From the NCBI GenBank assembly GCA_963843375.1, contig CAWJKT010000003.1, positions 1-64,000 on the forward strand: DNA of 64,000 nt, in the 5' to 3' direction. Under the pieces are notes generated by a model, which did no database searches, was not told the DNA's origin, and saw only the letters and a program-made list of their open reading frames with translations. Shown in pieces: positions 21,112 to 31,232 of this stretch (the stretch's first letter is position 1; each line of letters begins with the position of its first letter). Both the position numbers and the translations under genes were made by a program. The stretch is from an uncultured Pseudomonadota bacterium. GTDB lineage: Bacteria > Oederibacteriota > Muellerivitia > Muellerivitales > Muellerivitaceae.

Positions 21112-21870
21112 TTGTTCGAAAACTCGATCCACCTGGTGGTTGGTACTCCCTGTTACGGTGGCCAGGTTACTAGCATTTACTTTTCCTCGATTATGAAACT
21201 TCAAGAAGCCTGTCGCCGCGAGGGGATTGCTCTGACCTTTTTGATGCCCGACGGGGACGACCTCGTCCTGCGGGCTCGGCAGGATATCGTGGCCGAATTT
21301 ATGGAAATCCGAGGTGCCACCCACCTTTTATTCATCGACAACGATATGGGGTTCGAGCCTGACCAGGTTTTTCGACTCCTGCGATTCAATGAGGAAGTAG
21401 TTGCGGCCGCCTGTCCCTTCAAACACATCGATTGGGAGAAGGTCCGGTCGGCCGCCCTGACGGGTTGGGAAAACCTGGAATCGGCGGGGCTTGGCTATGT
21501 TGTGGATGCGGTTCAGCCTCCCCAAGTTCGAGACGGTTTCGTGAGAGTTCATTTTGCCGGAACTGGCTTCCTTTTGTTAAAGCGTTCGACCTTCGTCGCA
21601 TTGATTGAGCGTTATCCCGAACTTCGCTATTCACGGGGAAAAGAGAAGAAGAACAGCGCATGGTCTTACGCCTTTTTTAATTGCATGATCGACGGGGAAG
21701 ACGGCCCTTATTTGAGCGAAGACTACAGCTTTTGCCGCCATTGGACCCGAATGGGTGGTCAAATCTGGGTGGACCTGAACAGTCAGATCCAGCATGTAGG
21801 CCAGGCTATTTTTGCGGGTAATATCAATTCCGGGCCACCGCCTGTCCACAAAGAGGGAGGGGGGACATGA
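21112..21870 (+). CDS. Uncharacterised GT-A-fold-like protein, paralog 1
   Basis: GTPCYGG, RARQ, THLLFIDND (DxD), GTGFLLLKR, YLSEDYSFC, IWVD....QHVG. Confidence 0.65.
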   Translation: MFENSIHLVVGTPCYGGQVTSIYFSSIMKLQEACRREGIALTFLMPDGDDLVLRARQDIVAEFMEIRGATHLLFIDNDMGFEPDQVFRLLRFNEEVVAAACPFKHIDWEKVRSAALTGWENLESAGLGYVVDAVQPPQVRDGFVRVHFAGTGFLLLKRSTFVALIERYPELRYSRGKEKKNSAWSYAFFNCMIDGEDGPYLSEDYSFCRHWTRMGGQIWVDLNSQIQHVGQAIFAGNINSGPPPVHKEGGGT

Positions 21871-22589
21871 CTCCCAGCATCCTGATTGGCACCCCCTGCT
21901 TTGGCGGCCTGCTTTCCAGCCTTTACGTACGATCAGTGTTGAATTTCCAGGCAGCCTGCTTGGGTCGTAACGATCTTAAATTTGATTCGGTCGCCAATTG
22001 GGGGGATTCGCTTATCACCCGGGCAAGGCAGGGCCTAGTAACCCAATTGCTGGGGCATTCAACCGCCACGCACCTTTTGTTTGCCGATTCCAATATTGGC
22101 TTTTGGCCTGACCAAGTATTCCGCCTGTTGATGTTCGATTCGGATTTTGCTGCCGCTGCGGTTCCCCGAAAAAGCACGGATCAGGAAGGAAGGGGAGAGG
22201 GGGGGACTCCCAAACCGGAATCCATCTTTGACTTCGAGCCCGAGAATCCTCCCGCCTTGGTTAGAAACGGATTCGTCAAAGCGCGAGCCGCGGGCACGGG
22301 GTTGATGCTGATTAAGCGCCAGGCCCTGCGGGCTATGGCTGAAAAATATCGCGACCTACGCTACCGGAGTGAATTCGTTTCTGATTCCGCTGACCCCCGT
22401 TATTGGAGCTATGCCCTTTTCAATTGCCTCGTCGAAGGAGACAAAGGGAGGTTCTTAAACGAGGATGAAAGTTTCTGCCACCGTTGGACCCAAATGGGAG
22501 GCGAGATTTGGGTGGATCTTGAAAGCGGACTAAAGGGGATGGGGCCGGTGCTTCACGATCCCAGTTTCTCCCTACCCAAACGGTTTTGA
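21867..22589 (+). CDS. Uncharacterised GT-A-fold-like protein, paralog 2 (degenerate DxD)
   Basis: GTPCFGG, SLITRARQ, THLLFADSN, GTGLMLIKR, FLNEDESFC; ATGA overlap with paralog 1. Confidence 0.65.
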   Translation: MTPSILIGTPCFGGLLSSLYVRSVLNFQAACLGRNDLKFDSVANWGDSLITRARQGLVTQLLGHSTATHLLFADSNIGFWPDQVFRLLMFDSDFAAAAVPRKSTDQEGRGEGGTPKPESIFDFEPENPPALVRNGFVKARAAGTGLMLIKRQALRAMAEKYRDLRYRSEFVSDSADPRYWSYALFNCLVEGDKGRFLNEDESFCHRWTQMGGEIWVDLESGLKGMGPVLHDPSFSLPKRF

Positions 22590-22728
22590 TGACTTTTATC
22601 TTCGAAGCTATGTCAAAAATCTAGTCTGTCGGGTTTTTTTATTTTAAATCCGATATATTGAGGCGGGGTTTCTTTCCAATGGGGTAACCCTTTAGGCTAA
22701 CCCGAATCAAGTTTTGCGGAGTTATCAA

Positions 22729-24111
22729 ATGCCGACCCATTTTTCCTGGGCCTTGGGCCATATCTTTTCAGTCTTCAATTTTCTTTTGGGTCTTCTTTTC
22801 GTGTCCTTCATCCTGCGCTCCAAAAGGCCTCCCGGAAACACTCTGGCTTGGCTTTTTTTTGTTCTGGCAGCTCCTTATATCGGGATTCCTTTTTTCATCC
22901 TCTTGGCCGACAGGAAGTACAAGACCCGCTTTCAAAAAAAGAAATCCCTCTACCAGCCAAATCCCCATGAAGCGGCCCATTGGGAGGGGGCAGTGGAAAA
23001 GCTTCTGGCCGGATTGGGAGTGCCGCCACCCAGATCTGGCCAAAAGGCCAAGTTGATCTCTTCTGGGGAAGAAGCGTACCAGAAAATCGTTGAACTTATC
23101 CGATTCGCCAGTCGGCGAATCCATTTGACGACTTTTATATTCAATAAAGATACGGTAGCTGAGTCCTTAATCGAACTTCTTGAAAAAAAAGCTGAAGAGG
23201 GTGTATCGGTGCGACTGCTCGTGGACTCCATGGGTTCCTTGATGGCCAAGCGACCTTCCTTCAAGCGACTTATCGAAAAAGGCGGCCAAGTTGTTTTTTT
23301 CAACCCCGTGATCCACATGCCATTCAGGGGAAGAGCCAACCTTCGAAATCACCGGAAACTCCTGATCACCGATTCCCAAAAAGCAATCCTTGGAGGCATG
23401 AACATCGCCAGGGAATATATGGGTCCCAGTCCCGATCCCAACCGTTGGACCGATCTTTCCTTGGAGGTTGAAGGTTCTTCTGTCCAGGACATGGAGGCCG
23501 TCTTCACTGAGGACTGGATATTCGCGACTGGAGAGGACCCAGGCCGGGAAACACCCACTTGGTCTGAACCCGCAGCCGATTGCCAGCTCCAAGTGATCGC
23601 AAGCGGGCCTGATGTTAGGTTTGATCCTCTTTACGATACCCTGATTTCATTGATTTATCAGGCGACTCGCAGAATTTGGATCGCCACACCTTATTTCATT
23701 CCGGATGAATCCCTGACCCGGGCGCTGGAACTGGCGGCCCGCAGGGGGATTGATGTGAGAATATTGGTGCCCCGGAATTCAAATCATTTCCTTGCGGATT
23801 TGGCGCGTGGAACCTATTTGCGCCAGCTTTTGAAATCAGGATGCCGGGTTGATTTAGCGCAAAAAATGCTGCATGCCAAGGCTTTTTTGGTGGATGGGAA
23901 TCACGCCTTGCTCGGATCGGCCAATTTTGACATGAGAAGCCTTTTGCTGAACTACGAGATAGGTGCCTTGATCCAATCCGCCGGGCTGCTTGGGGATTTG
24001 GAAAATTGGTTTCAAATGCAATTTGAGCTGGGGAAAAATGCGGATTTAAGAGTGAATTACTTTTGGGACCTAGCAGAAAGTGTGGGACGGGTTTTAGGGC
24101 CACTGATTTAG
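22729..24111 (+). CDS. cls: Cardiolipin synthase (phospholipase D family)
   Basis: Two N-terminal TM helices (LAWL...PYIG); two HKD motifs NHRKLLITD and LHAKAFLVD; TPYFIPD; GSANFD.RS. Confidence 0.9.
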   Translation: MPTHFSWALGHIFSVFNFLLGLLFVSFILRSKRPPGNTLAWLFFVLAAPYIGIPFFILLADRKYKTRFQKKKSLYQPNPHEAAHWEGAVEKLLAGLGVPPPRSGQKAKLISSGEEAYQKIVELIRFASRRIHLTTFIFNKDTVAESLIELLEKKAEEGVSVRLLVDSMGSLMAKRPSFKRLIEKGGQVVFFNPVIHMPFRGRANLRNHRKLLITDSQKAILGGMNIAREYMGPSPDPNRWTDLSLEVEGSSVQDMEAVFTEDWIFATGEDPGRETPTWSEPAADCQLQVIASGPDVRFDPLYDTLISLIYQATRRIWIATPYFIPDESLTRALELAARRGIDVRILVPRNSNHFLADLARGTYLRQLLKSGCRVDLAQKMLHAKAFLVDGNHALLGSANFDMRSLLLNYEIGALIQSAGLLGDLENWFQMQFELGKNADLRVNYFWDLAESVGRVLGPLI

Positions 24112-24144
24112 GCGCTTCTTTAAAATGAGAAAAACCAAAAGTTT

Positions 24145-24768
24145 CTATTCGTTGAGACGATCCAGTATTTTCTTACCCTCGATATCGTCGATAAGGACGA
24201 ATTGATCAGGTGGGGACTCGAGGTAATAAACCTCAGCCAACCGGATATTGAACCAAATCCCATGAAGTTTTAGGCTGCCCACAGCCTCTTTTTCACTCAC
24301 TTTGGGATGGCTTCTCAAGTTTTCCAATTGCAATGCCACGTTTCGCTTGGACAGGAAGTCCTGGTCGGAGAAGCCCGCATCCGCCGCACCCTGAGCGTGC
24401 CTTAGCCAAGCTTCTAAGGGAGTGTTCGAGGCGGTTTTGGGTTTTTTAGCAAGGGCCCGCATGGCTCCACAATCTGAATGGCCACAGACAACGATGTGAC
24501 TGACCTTTAGCGTTTCCAATGAAAACTCCAAGGCCGCAACCGCTGAGCCCCTGTCGGGAAAGGGAGGCATAATATTTCCAAGGTTCCGCACGACGAAAAG
24601 ATCGCCGGGATCGGTGGAGGCAAAGACATTGGCCGCAACTCGGCTGTCGGAACAGGCGATGAAAAGGCAGTCAGGGTTCTGCCCGAGAGCCAATTTGGCG
24701 AATGTTTCACGCATGGACTCGCGGCGGGTTCGTCGGAACTCCATGATTCCTTGAATTAATTTTTTCAT
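24145..24768 (-). CDS. Beta-class carbonic anhydrase
   Basis: GQNP, CSDSR, PGDLFVVRNLGN, CGHSDCGAM zinc ligands. Confidence 0.92.
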   Translation of the reverse strand: MKKLIQGIMEFRRTRRESMRETFAKLALGQNPDCLFIACSDSRVAANVFASTDPGDLFVVRNLGNIMPPFPDRGSAVAALEFSLETLKVSHIVVCGHSDCGAMRALAKKPKTASNTPLEAWLRHAQGAADAGFSDQDFLSKRNVALQLENLRSHPKVSEKEAVGSLKLHGIWFNIRLAEVYYLESPPDQFVLIDDIEGKKILDRLNE

Positions 24769-24876
24769 GTACCGTTATTATAAACTGATTTCGAAATATT
24801 TTGGGACTGTAGATAAAAAAAGGTAAAACGTAATTTTATAAGTTTGGTCGTCGCAATGAAGCGGCCGGGTGATTAA

Positions 24877-24911
24877 ACAAAAAAGACGACCCAGGGGGCC
24901 GCCTTTTTTGT
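24877..24911 (-). terminator. Intrinsic terminator of the TIGR03663-like gene
   Basis: Minus strand AAGGCGGCCC-CCT-GGGTCGTCTT + TTTT; the G-U pairs only work on this strand. Confidence 0.75.
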
Positions 24912-24927
24912 TTTTTGGAAAACTCAA

Positions 24928-27346
24928 TTAACTGTGAGAGTGTTTGTGGTTCCCGACGGGTGTGGGTTCGGGCGTAGGCACGGGAGTTGGATAATCCGAA
25001 GGGATATCTTGCCGGTTGGTTTCCGTGAAGCCGTATTTGTCAGCCAAATCCTTCCTAACCCACAATCGCATGTTGTAACTGCCCAAATCGGACCATACCT
25101 GCCGATATAAGAGCCAATTTTTTAGGTCACCCCAATCCACCATGTCGGGCCGAGCTGGGGAGAGGGGAATGAAATTGCTGAAAAGCCACGAAAAGAAAAG
25201 AGGTCCTGTGATGTCGGTGGAGGGATAACCCTTTTTAAACCAGTTGGGGACCCACCAAATACGCAGTTCGTATTTCCGGTTCACGTAACCCGCCTTGCTC
25301 AAAATGGGGTAGGCTTGGGCATCCGATTCGGTTGCCGTCATGATTATGGGATTATCCGCCATCGTTATATTGGCAGGGTGATTTCTACGTGAAAAATCTC
25401 GCAGATACCAGGCGAAAGGCCAGGAACATTTATCTTCAATAGTAAGGGCCAGTCCGTCATGCAACCCTTTTTCCGCATCGGTTATCCCTGCGGGGGCTTC
25501 AGGATTGGGGCCGCCCGTTTCACCGTAGGAAATTTGGCGTACAATCCGTTCGACTTCCTTACAATCCGGCCCCGATTGCACATAAACCAGGGGTTCCACT
25601 GGGTTGGATTCATGATAAAAACTTAAAAGAATTGCGGAATGGATAGAATAAGAAAGTAAAAGGCCAAAGGCCACCATGGCCGCAATTCGGGCGGATTTCC
25701 ATACCTGTTCCACCGGACTGGATTCCAAAATTTGTCCCATAAAGTAAGCTGTTAAAAGGAGCGCTGGCAAAAGGGGATGGAGAATGAGCCAAGGCATTTT
25801 TTCTCCCGCCCAGGAAAAAAGCACAAGGGAGCCGATATACCAATAGGACAGGAAAAGAGGAATGTTCTTTTGCTTGAAAAGGCCGTAATAAATCATCGCC
25901 ACAAAGGAAAAAAGAAAAGATAGTAATTCGTTGGCGGGTAACTGAACAAGGTAGTAATACCAGGGTTGATCGCCACGATGGACGTCATGCTGTTCCCACC
26001 AATATTCCAAGCCCCCAAAGGCCCCCATGTAAAGGGCGTTGAAAAGGCCATGGATTCGCGACCAAAAATCGGCTTGGGAAGCGCCGACGGTGAAGAATGT
26101 CGTGAACAAAAGGGTGAAAATAATACTGCAAATGGCCAGAGAGCCGGTTAAGGCGGGGGTGACGTTTTTAAGCCACAACCAGCAAAACCGGAAAACAATC
26201 GCCAGATAGACAACCAACATGATAAACGAAAAAGGCATGGGAATCGTAACCCCGAAATGGGGAAAAACCCTGAGTATCAGCAGGGACATGACCCACCAAC
26301 CGGTGAAAGCTAAAATTTCCCAACTGATTTTCTCAAAACCGAGGCCGCAAACAATTTCCCATAAGGCACTTTCGGCTTTGCCTTTTTTCATATTTTCCTG
26401 CCAGCGGGTGAAGAGTTGGAACACGGTATAAAGGAAAGCGGATCCGACGAGAGCCATGAAAACGGGCATGCGGGCTGGAGTACCTTTATCGATAACTACC
26501 ATCATGAGAATTCCAAAAACGGTGAGACCGCCTGCAATTAAAACATCCAACAAAGGCAAGAACCGGATAAACAAGTAAGTTCCAATAACGGCGACGGTCA
26601 AGAAAATGGATTCTTTCGTACAAAAAGCAATGATAAATCCTAATGAAGCAAGCCATAGGTCCATTGGTTGGCGGGACCGGTAGTACCGAAACATAAAAAC
26701 AACCATCAGGAACGTGGCTCCGGCGATATAGGCGTCCTCCCGGGTAAACCGGTCGAAATACATGAAACTGGGGGAGAAGACGATCATGGCTGTGGCCAAG
26801 AAAGAACCCCATCTCCCGAAAAAGGGCGCTAGAAACATGGCCAGACACAACGGTCAAAATCCCAAAAGTGGCGGCTAAATATCTCGAGGTGGCGTTTGAG
26901 ACGCCAAAAAGGTAATACATGAAGGCATTGCCATGGAACTGAAATGGCCCGTGCATCATGGGATTGTATTCGTAGTCTCCCTCGTTAAAGAGCTGATAAG
27001 AATAAAAAGAATGCATACTTTCGTCATGATGGTGGGGTTTGTCTCCCAAGTGATTAAAACGGGTATAAACCGTAATCAACAAAAGAATGGCATAAGCTAT
27101 TTCCATCCAAGAAAAGGAAAAGCTGGACTTGGTAACCGACGATGAGACATGGGAAAAGTTTTTTTCCCTTGATTCCTTGGGTTCGGATTCCTGGGAAGGT
27201 TTAAGGGATTTGGACGGGGAGGCGGGCTTGTTGGGGGCCTTATCCTGTTGGCCTGTGGCAGGTAATTTGGCCCCGCATTGTTCGCAAAAATTATTGGAGA
27301 AGGGGTTTTTCAACCCGCATTTTTCGCATAACTTTATTTCAGCCAT
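24928..27346 (-). CDS. TIGR03663 / Agl23-like GT-C membrane protein with N-terminal zinc ribbon (frameshift at ~26850)
   Basis: HHDESMH, YNPMMHGPFQFH, SPSFMYFDRF.RED, TKES, YWWEQH.V.RGDQPWYYY, AGEKMPWL, EPLVYVQS, WPFAWYLRDF; ORFs 26486..27346 and 24928..26850 join. Confidence 0.8.
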
Positions 27347-27408
27347 TCGGAACTCCTTGGGTTGGATAAGGCAAACTTAAAGGCGATTTGACCTGAAATT
27401 GACGTCAA

Positions 27409-27438
27409 ACTATACCCAGCAGTGAAAGCTTTTGTCAA
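27409..27438 (-). promoter_or_regulatory. Candidate sigma70 promoter for the TIGR03663-like gene
   Basis: Minus strand TTGACA-18 nt-TATAGT, about 60 nt upstream of the ATG. Confidence 0.55.
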
Positions 27439-27846
27439 CAAATCCACATTTAATAGAAATTGACTTTTATTCATTGTGTTTTTCAAAGCTTAAAAGTATT
27501 ACGCGGATGATTAGTGGCTTTTCCCAAAAAGAATTTTCTGGATTAAAAGCAATTGCAAGGAGTAATTAAGTTTTAAAGCGGAAAAAAGTTACTCGTGATA
27601 CCCAATATAAATCTCGGAATTGATTAGCTTAATTTTCGAATAGTTTTGGCAAGACTACAAGGCTAGGGAGGGCAGATTAAAATTGTTGTTTTAACGAGGT
27701 TTTTGGACGTCATTTTTGAAGGGGCCTCGTTTATCAAGTTGCAATTTGAAATGGGGATTGATAAAATTTCCTTGCCCAGTAAAACAATGCCCAAAAAAAT
27801 TTAGAATCTTCTTAGAATTTTCTTCTTTGAAGAGAGGAGAATAGCG

Positions 27847-28833
27847 GTGAGTTCAAAACGATTTTATGCTTTTTTATGGGTGCTGGGAATTTTTACTTTA
27901 TCGGGGCCGGTTTTAGTTTACGCCCAGAGTGCCAATTATGCGGCGGAGGTGTTGACTAAAGGTGTCGGCGCAAGACCGTTGGCTATGGGTGGCGCTTTCT
28001 GCGCCGCTGCCAACGATGCCACGGCAGCTTATTGGAATCCGGCCGGTTTGGCATTAATCGATGATATCGAAATCACCACTATGCATGCGACTGAAAACGG
28101 TTTGCAAAGCTATGATTTCATTAATCTTGCTTTCAACACTCAATCGGCCGGCTCTTACGCCCTGAGTTATATGAATTTGGGGGTCGGAGGAATTGTTCCA
28201 ACTGATACCAGCGGTAATGTCTTAGGACCGGACCTTACTTATTCGGATCAGGCTGGCCTTATCTCCGGTGGGTGGAAGCTGGGGAGACAATTTGCTGTAG
28301 GTGGAACCATTAAATTTTTGAAAACCGATGCGGCTTCGGCTTCCGCTTTTGGTGTCGGTTCCGATCTCGGCCTGCTTTTTAAACCCATCAAAGAATTGTC
28401 TTTCGGACTTGTGGCCCGGGATTATACCGGTGGAACTTATATTAAATGGTCCAACACGCCCTCGAGCCCCTCGGAAGCATTACAACCCAGCCTGACACTT
28501 GGTGTTGCCTATACCCAAGAAATGGGGAAGAGGCAAAACCAGGGCACCGCACCTGTTCCCGTTAGCACTCTATCCGTGGATTTTGACGCGAATACTCTTT
28601 ATGCGGGAGAGTCCCTAAACGACTACCACTTTGGTGTGGAATATTGGTACCGTCAGTTTGTGGCCATCCGAGCTGGTTTTGAAACCGAAGGGTTTCAATT
28701 TAGCAGTGATTATTTTTTCCCGTCTGCTGGGGTGGGAGTTTGGGCTTACTTGTTTGAAATTGATTATGCCTATGTTACCGATCCCGTCGATAATGCCGGG
28801 TTTAATTATCTCTCCTTGATCACCCGGTTGTAA
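27847..28833 (+). CDS. PorV/PorQ-like (UPF0164) outer-membrane beta-barrel
   Basis: Signal peptide; GVGARPLAMGGAF.A.ANDATAAYWNPAGL signature; alternating beta-strand pattern; IDYAY near the C-terminus; GAGGAG RBS. Confidence 0.8.
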   Translation: MSSKRFYAFLWVLGIFTLSGPVLVYAQSANYAAEVLTKGVGARPLAMGGAFCAAANDATAAYWNPAGLALIDDIEITTMHATENGLQSYDFINLAFNTQSAGSYALSYMNLGVGGIVPTDTSGNVLGPDLTYSDQAGLISGGWKLGRQFAVGGTIKFLKTDAASASAFGVGSDLGLLFKPIKELSFGLVARDYTGGTYIKWSNTPSSPSEALQPSLTLGVAYTQEMGKRQNQGTAPVPVSTLSVDFDANTLYAGESLNDYHFGVEYWYRQFVAIRAGFETEGFQFSSDYFFPSAGVGVWAYLFEIDYAYVTDPVDNAGFNYLSLITRL

Positions 28834-28854
28834 TTTTGGATTGTTTGTTTTTCT

Positions 28855-28892
28855 AAAGAGGGGATTTTCTTAAAAAAATCCCCTCTTTTTTT
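28855..28892 (+). terminator. Intrinsic terminator after the first PorV-like gene
   Basis: AAAGAGGGGATTTT-loop-AAAATCCCCTCTTT followed by T runs. Confidence 0.85.
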
Positions 28893-28954
28893 GTTTTTTG
28901 TTTATCATAATTAACACACTTGATTGCTTTTCATTTTAGGTGCCAGAGGTATCC

Positions 28955-31063
28955 ATGAAATTAGTCCGGCCTCTTTCGGTTCTTTTGACTTTTGCTTTTG
29001 GAGTTTTGGCGACACAGGTTTTTTCCTATTCCTCTTATCAAATGGCCCCGTCGACCGGTGAAGATCTTCCTTTTTCTGTCCAAAGTAGAACCCTTCTTAA
29101 ACATCTATTCGATAACCGTAACATCCTTGGCGGTCAGGTGATTGCCTTAAGGGACCAACCCGGAAGGCAATATAGTGGTAACTACATTGATATCGGGGAT
29201 ATTGGAGGAGTTAAAAGGGACGATGTGTTTGCTCTTTTCACCCCCCATGGTGAACCGGTTGGTTTTATCCGTATTGTTGACTTGCAGCGGTTTACCTCCT
29301 CCTTTGAATTTATGGAATTGACCGTTGATCCTACGAATGATTTGATCGTAAAAAAACTTTCCTCTGAAATCCAAAGCCGTCTTCCGGAGAAACTTTTTGC
29401 TTACCCGAACATGAGGCATTTCCACAAACAAATGCATTTTGTTTCGAATAAGTCGGCAATGCCGAATCAAACCAATGGAAGCAGCGCGGCTGCCGGTCAG
29501 ACCCCCTTGCCTCCCTTGCCGAGTGAAGATACAACGAGTTCGAGCACCTCTAATTTGCCGCCTTTGCCAGAAAGCGGCGTTGCTTCCGCCGGGCTCGAAT
29601 ATTTCATCGGTTCCCGAAGCAAGTTCCACCAACGGATTGCCGCCTTTGCCCACCGATAATTCGAGTTCGAACGCTATGCCTGAGGCGAATGTCGCGCCAT
29701 CCAATGGGGGATTACCGCCTTTGCCCGGCGGACAAGATAACGGAACCGTCCCCTTGGCTGGTAACTCGACAATGCCATCCCCTGGGTCTACGGGCCTGCC
29801 TCCCTTAACGAGTGATAACTCTGCTCCACCGATGCCGGGAGCAAGCGTTAATTCAAATCCGGGAATGCCCCCACTACCTTCGGATAATTCCGGCTTGCCG
29901 GGTTCGGCACCTGTCGCGCCGTCTAATTCGGGTCTTCCGGCTCTTCCAGCGGATAATTCCAATTCGGGGGGATTACCTCCATTGAGTTCTCCGTCCGCCC
30001 CTGCTTTGCCCTCTGATAATTCTTTACCGCCCTTACCCGGAGGCGGCGCTTCTAATAATAGTAGCCTGCCGCCTGTCCCAGGAGACAACACCTCCAACGC
30101 TTTACCCGCCCCTGGAGCCGCCGCTCCACCGAGTGATTTATCATTGCCCCCCCTGCCAGCGGGAAATCCTCCCAGTTCAGGATCCAATGGAATTCCACCT
30201 CAGTCGGAATTGCCGCCACTTTCTCCATCGCCTTTGACTTCGGGACCGGGATTACCAGGTGATATGAATCCGGCGCCTCCGGTTGCGGATAACAGTTTGC
30301 CAGGTTTACCTCCAGCGGGAGAAGCACCGCCCTTAACAACCACTTCTATGCCTCCTTCCTTGCCCGGAGATTCCAACACACTGCCTCCACCGGATAACAA
30401 CCCTTCCTTGCCACCCCCACTTGCCGCCGCTCCGGGATTGCCAGGTGATTCGAATGCTCTTCCCCCGATGGATAATTCCACGGCCCTACCGCCGGCTCCT
30501 TGGCCGCCGCTCCGGGTGGCCCAAGCGATAGTAATACTCTTCCCCCTTTAGACAATAACTCCGCAGGATTGCCACCCGCACCCACCGCTCAGCTCCCGAA
30601 TTCCAATAATTCTTTGCCACCTTTGGACAATTCAATGCCTCCTCCGGCAGTTGCTGATAGTACCTTACCTCCTTTAGCTGATAATTCTTTGCCTCCCTCT
30701 CCTGGTGCGTCTAACAATCCATTGCCCTCTTTGGATAACACCGGTTTGCCACCCGCTCCAGTAGCTCAAGTGCCGGATAATGGAAATTCATTACCACCTT
30801 TAGACAATGGAATAGCCTCCCAGCCGCCAGGATTGGATAACAACTTGAACACCTTACCTCCTGGTTCAGCCGCACCTCCGCCCTTGGATCAAGCTGCTTT
30901 GCCTCCAGGTTTGCCCGGTGCCCCGGATTCAACTGTTCCCGCCATTGTCAGCAATGGCAATGTTCCAACTGCTTCCGCATCTCATGCGAGCGAATTGGGC
31001 CTTCCGGCTGTGCCTAGCAACGTGGTGAAAAGCGGATATTTGCAGGATGTTCCAACCCTCTGA
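28955..31063 (+). CDS. Exported protein: small beta domain plus ~500 aa Pro/Ser/Asn-rich LPP-repeat tail (frameshifts at ~29590 and ~30500)
   Basis: Signal peptide MKLVRPLSVLLTFAFGVLATQVFS; three overlapping ORFs with continuous LPPLP-type composition; ~700 aa once joined. Confidence 0.7.
29500..30930 (+). repeat. Degenerate coding repeat array, roughly (D/N)N(S/T/G)-LPPL(P/D)
   Basis: About two dozen LPP motifs counted by eye; nucleotide copies are diverged, so the repeat is conserved at protein level. Confidence 0.8.
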
Positions 31064-31232
31064 AAAACCTGCCTCTTGAAGAGTCATATAATCGTCTAAG
31101 ATTAGAACGGTTCTTCCATTTAAACCCGGTTTTATTGACCAATCGGTATTGAACCTGTTGGGGATTTTAAAATCTCCGGGTGGGAGCTAAGCTTTGGCTT
31201 CCCACGACTCGCCAACTCTTGAGGTAAGTTTC

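Noticed and set aside
29147..30187. 346 aa Gly-rich minus-strand ORF
   Set aside because: Antisense shadow of the Pro-rich repeat gene (CCN codons read as GGN/NGG)
29500..30930. Possible CRISPR array or DNA tandem repeat
   Set aside because: No identical nucleotide repeats with regular spacers; periodicity exists only at protein level; no cas genes
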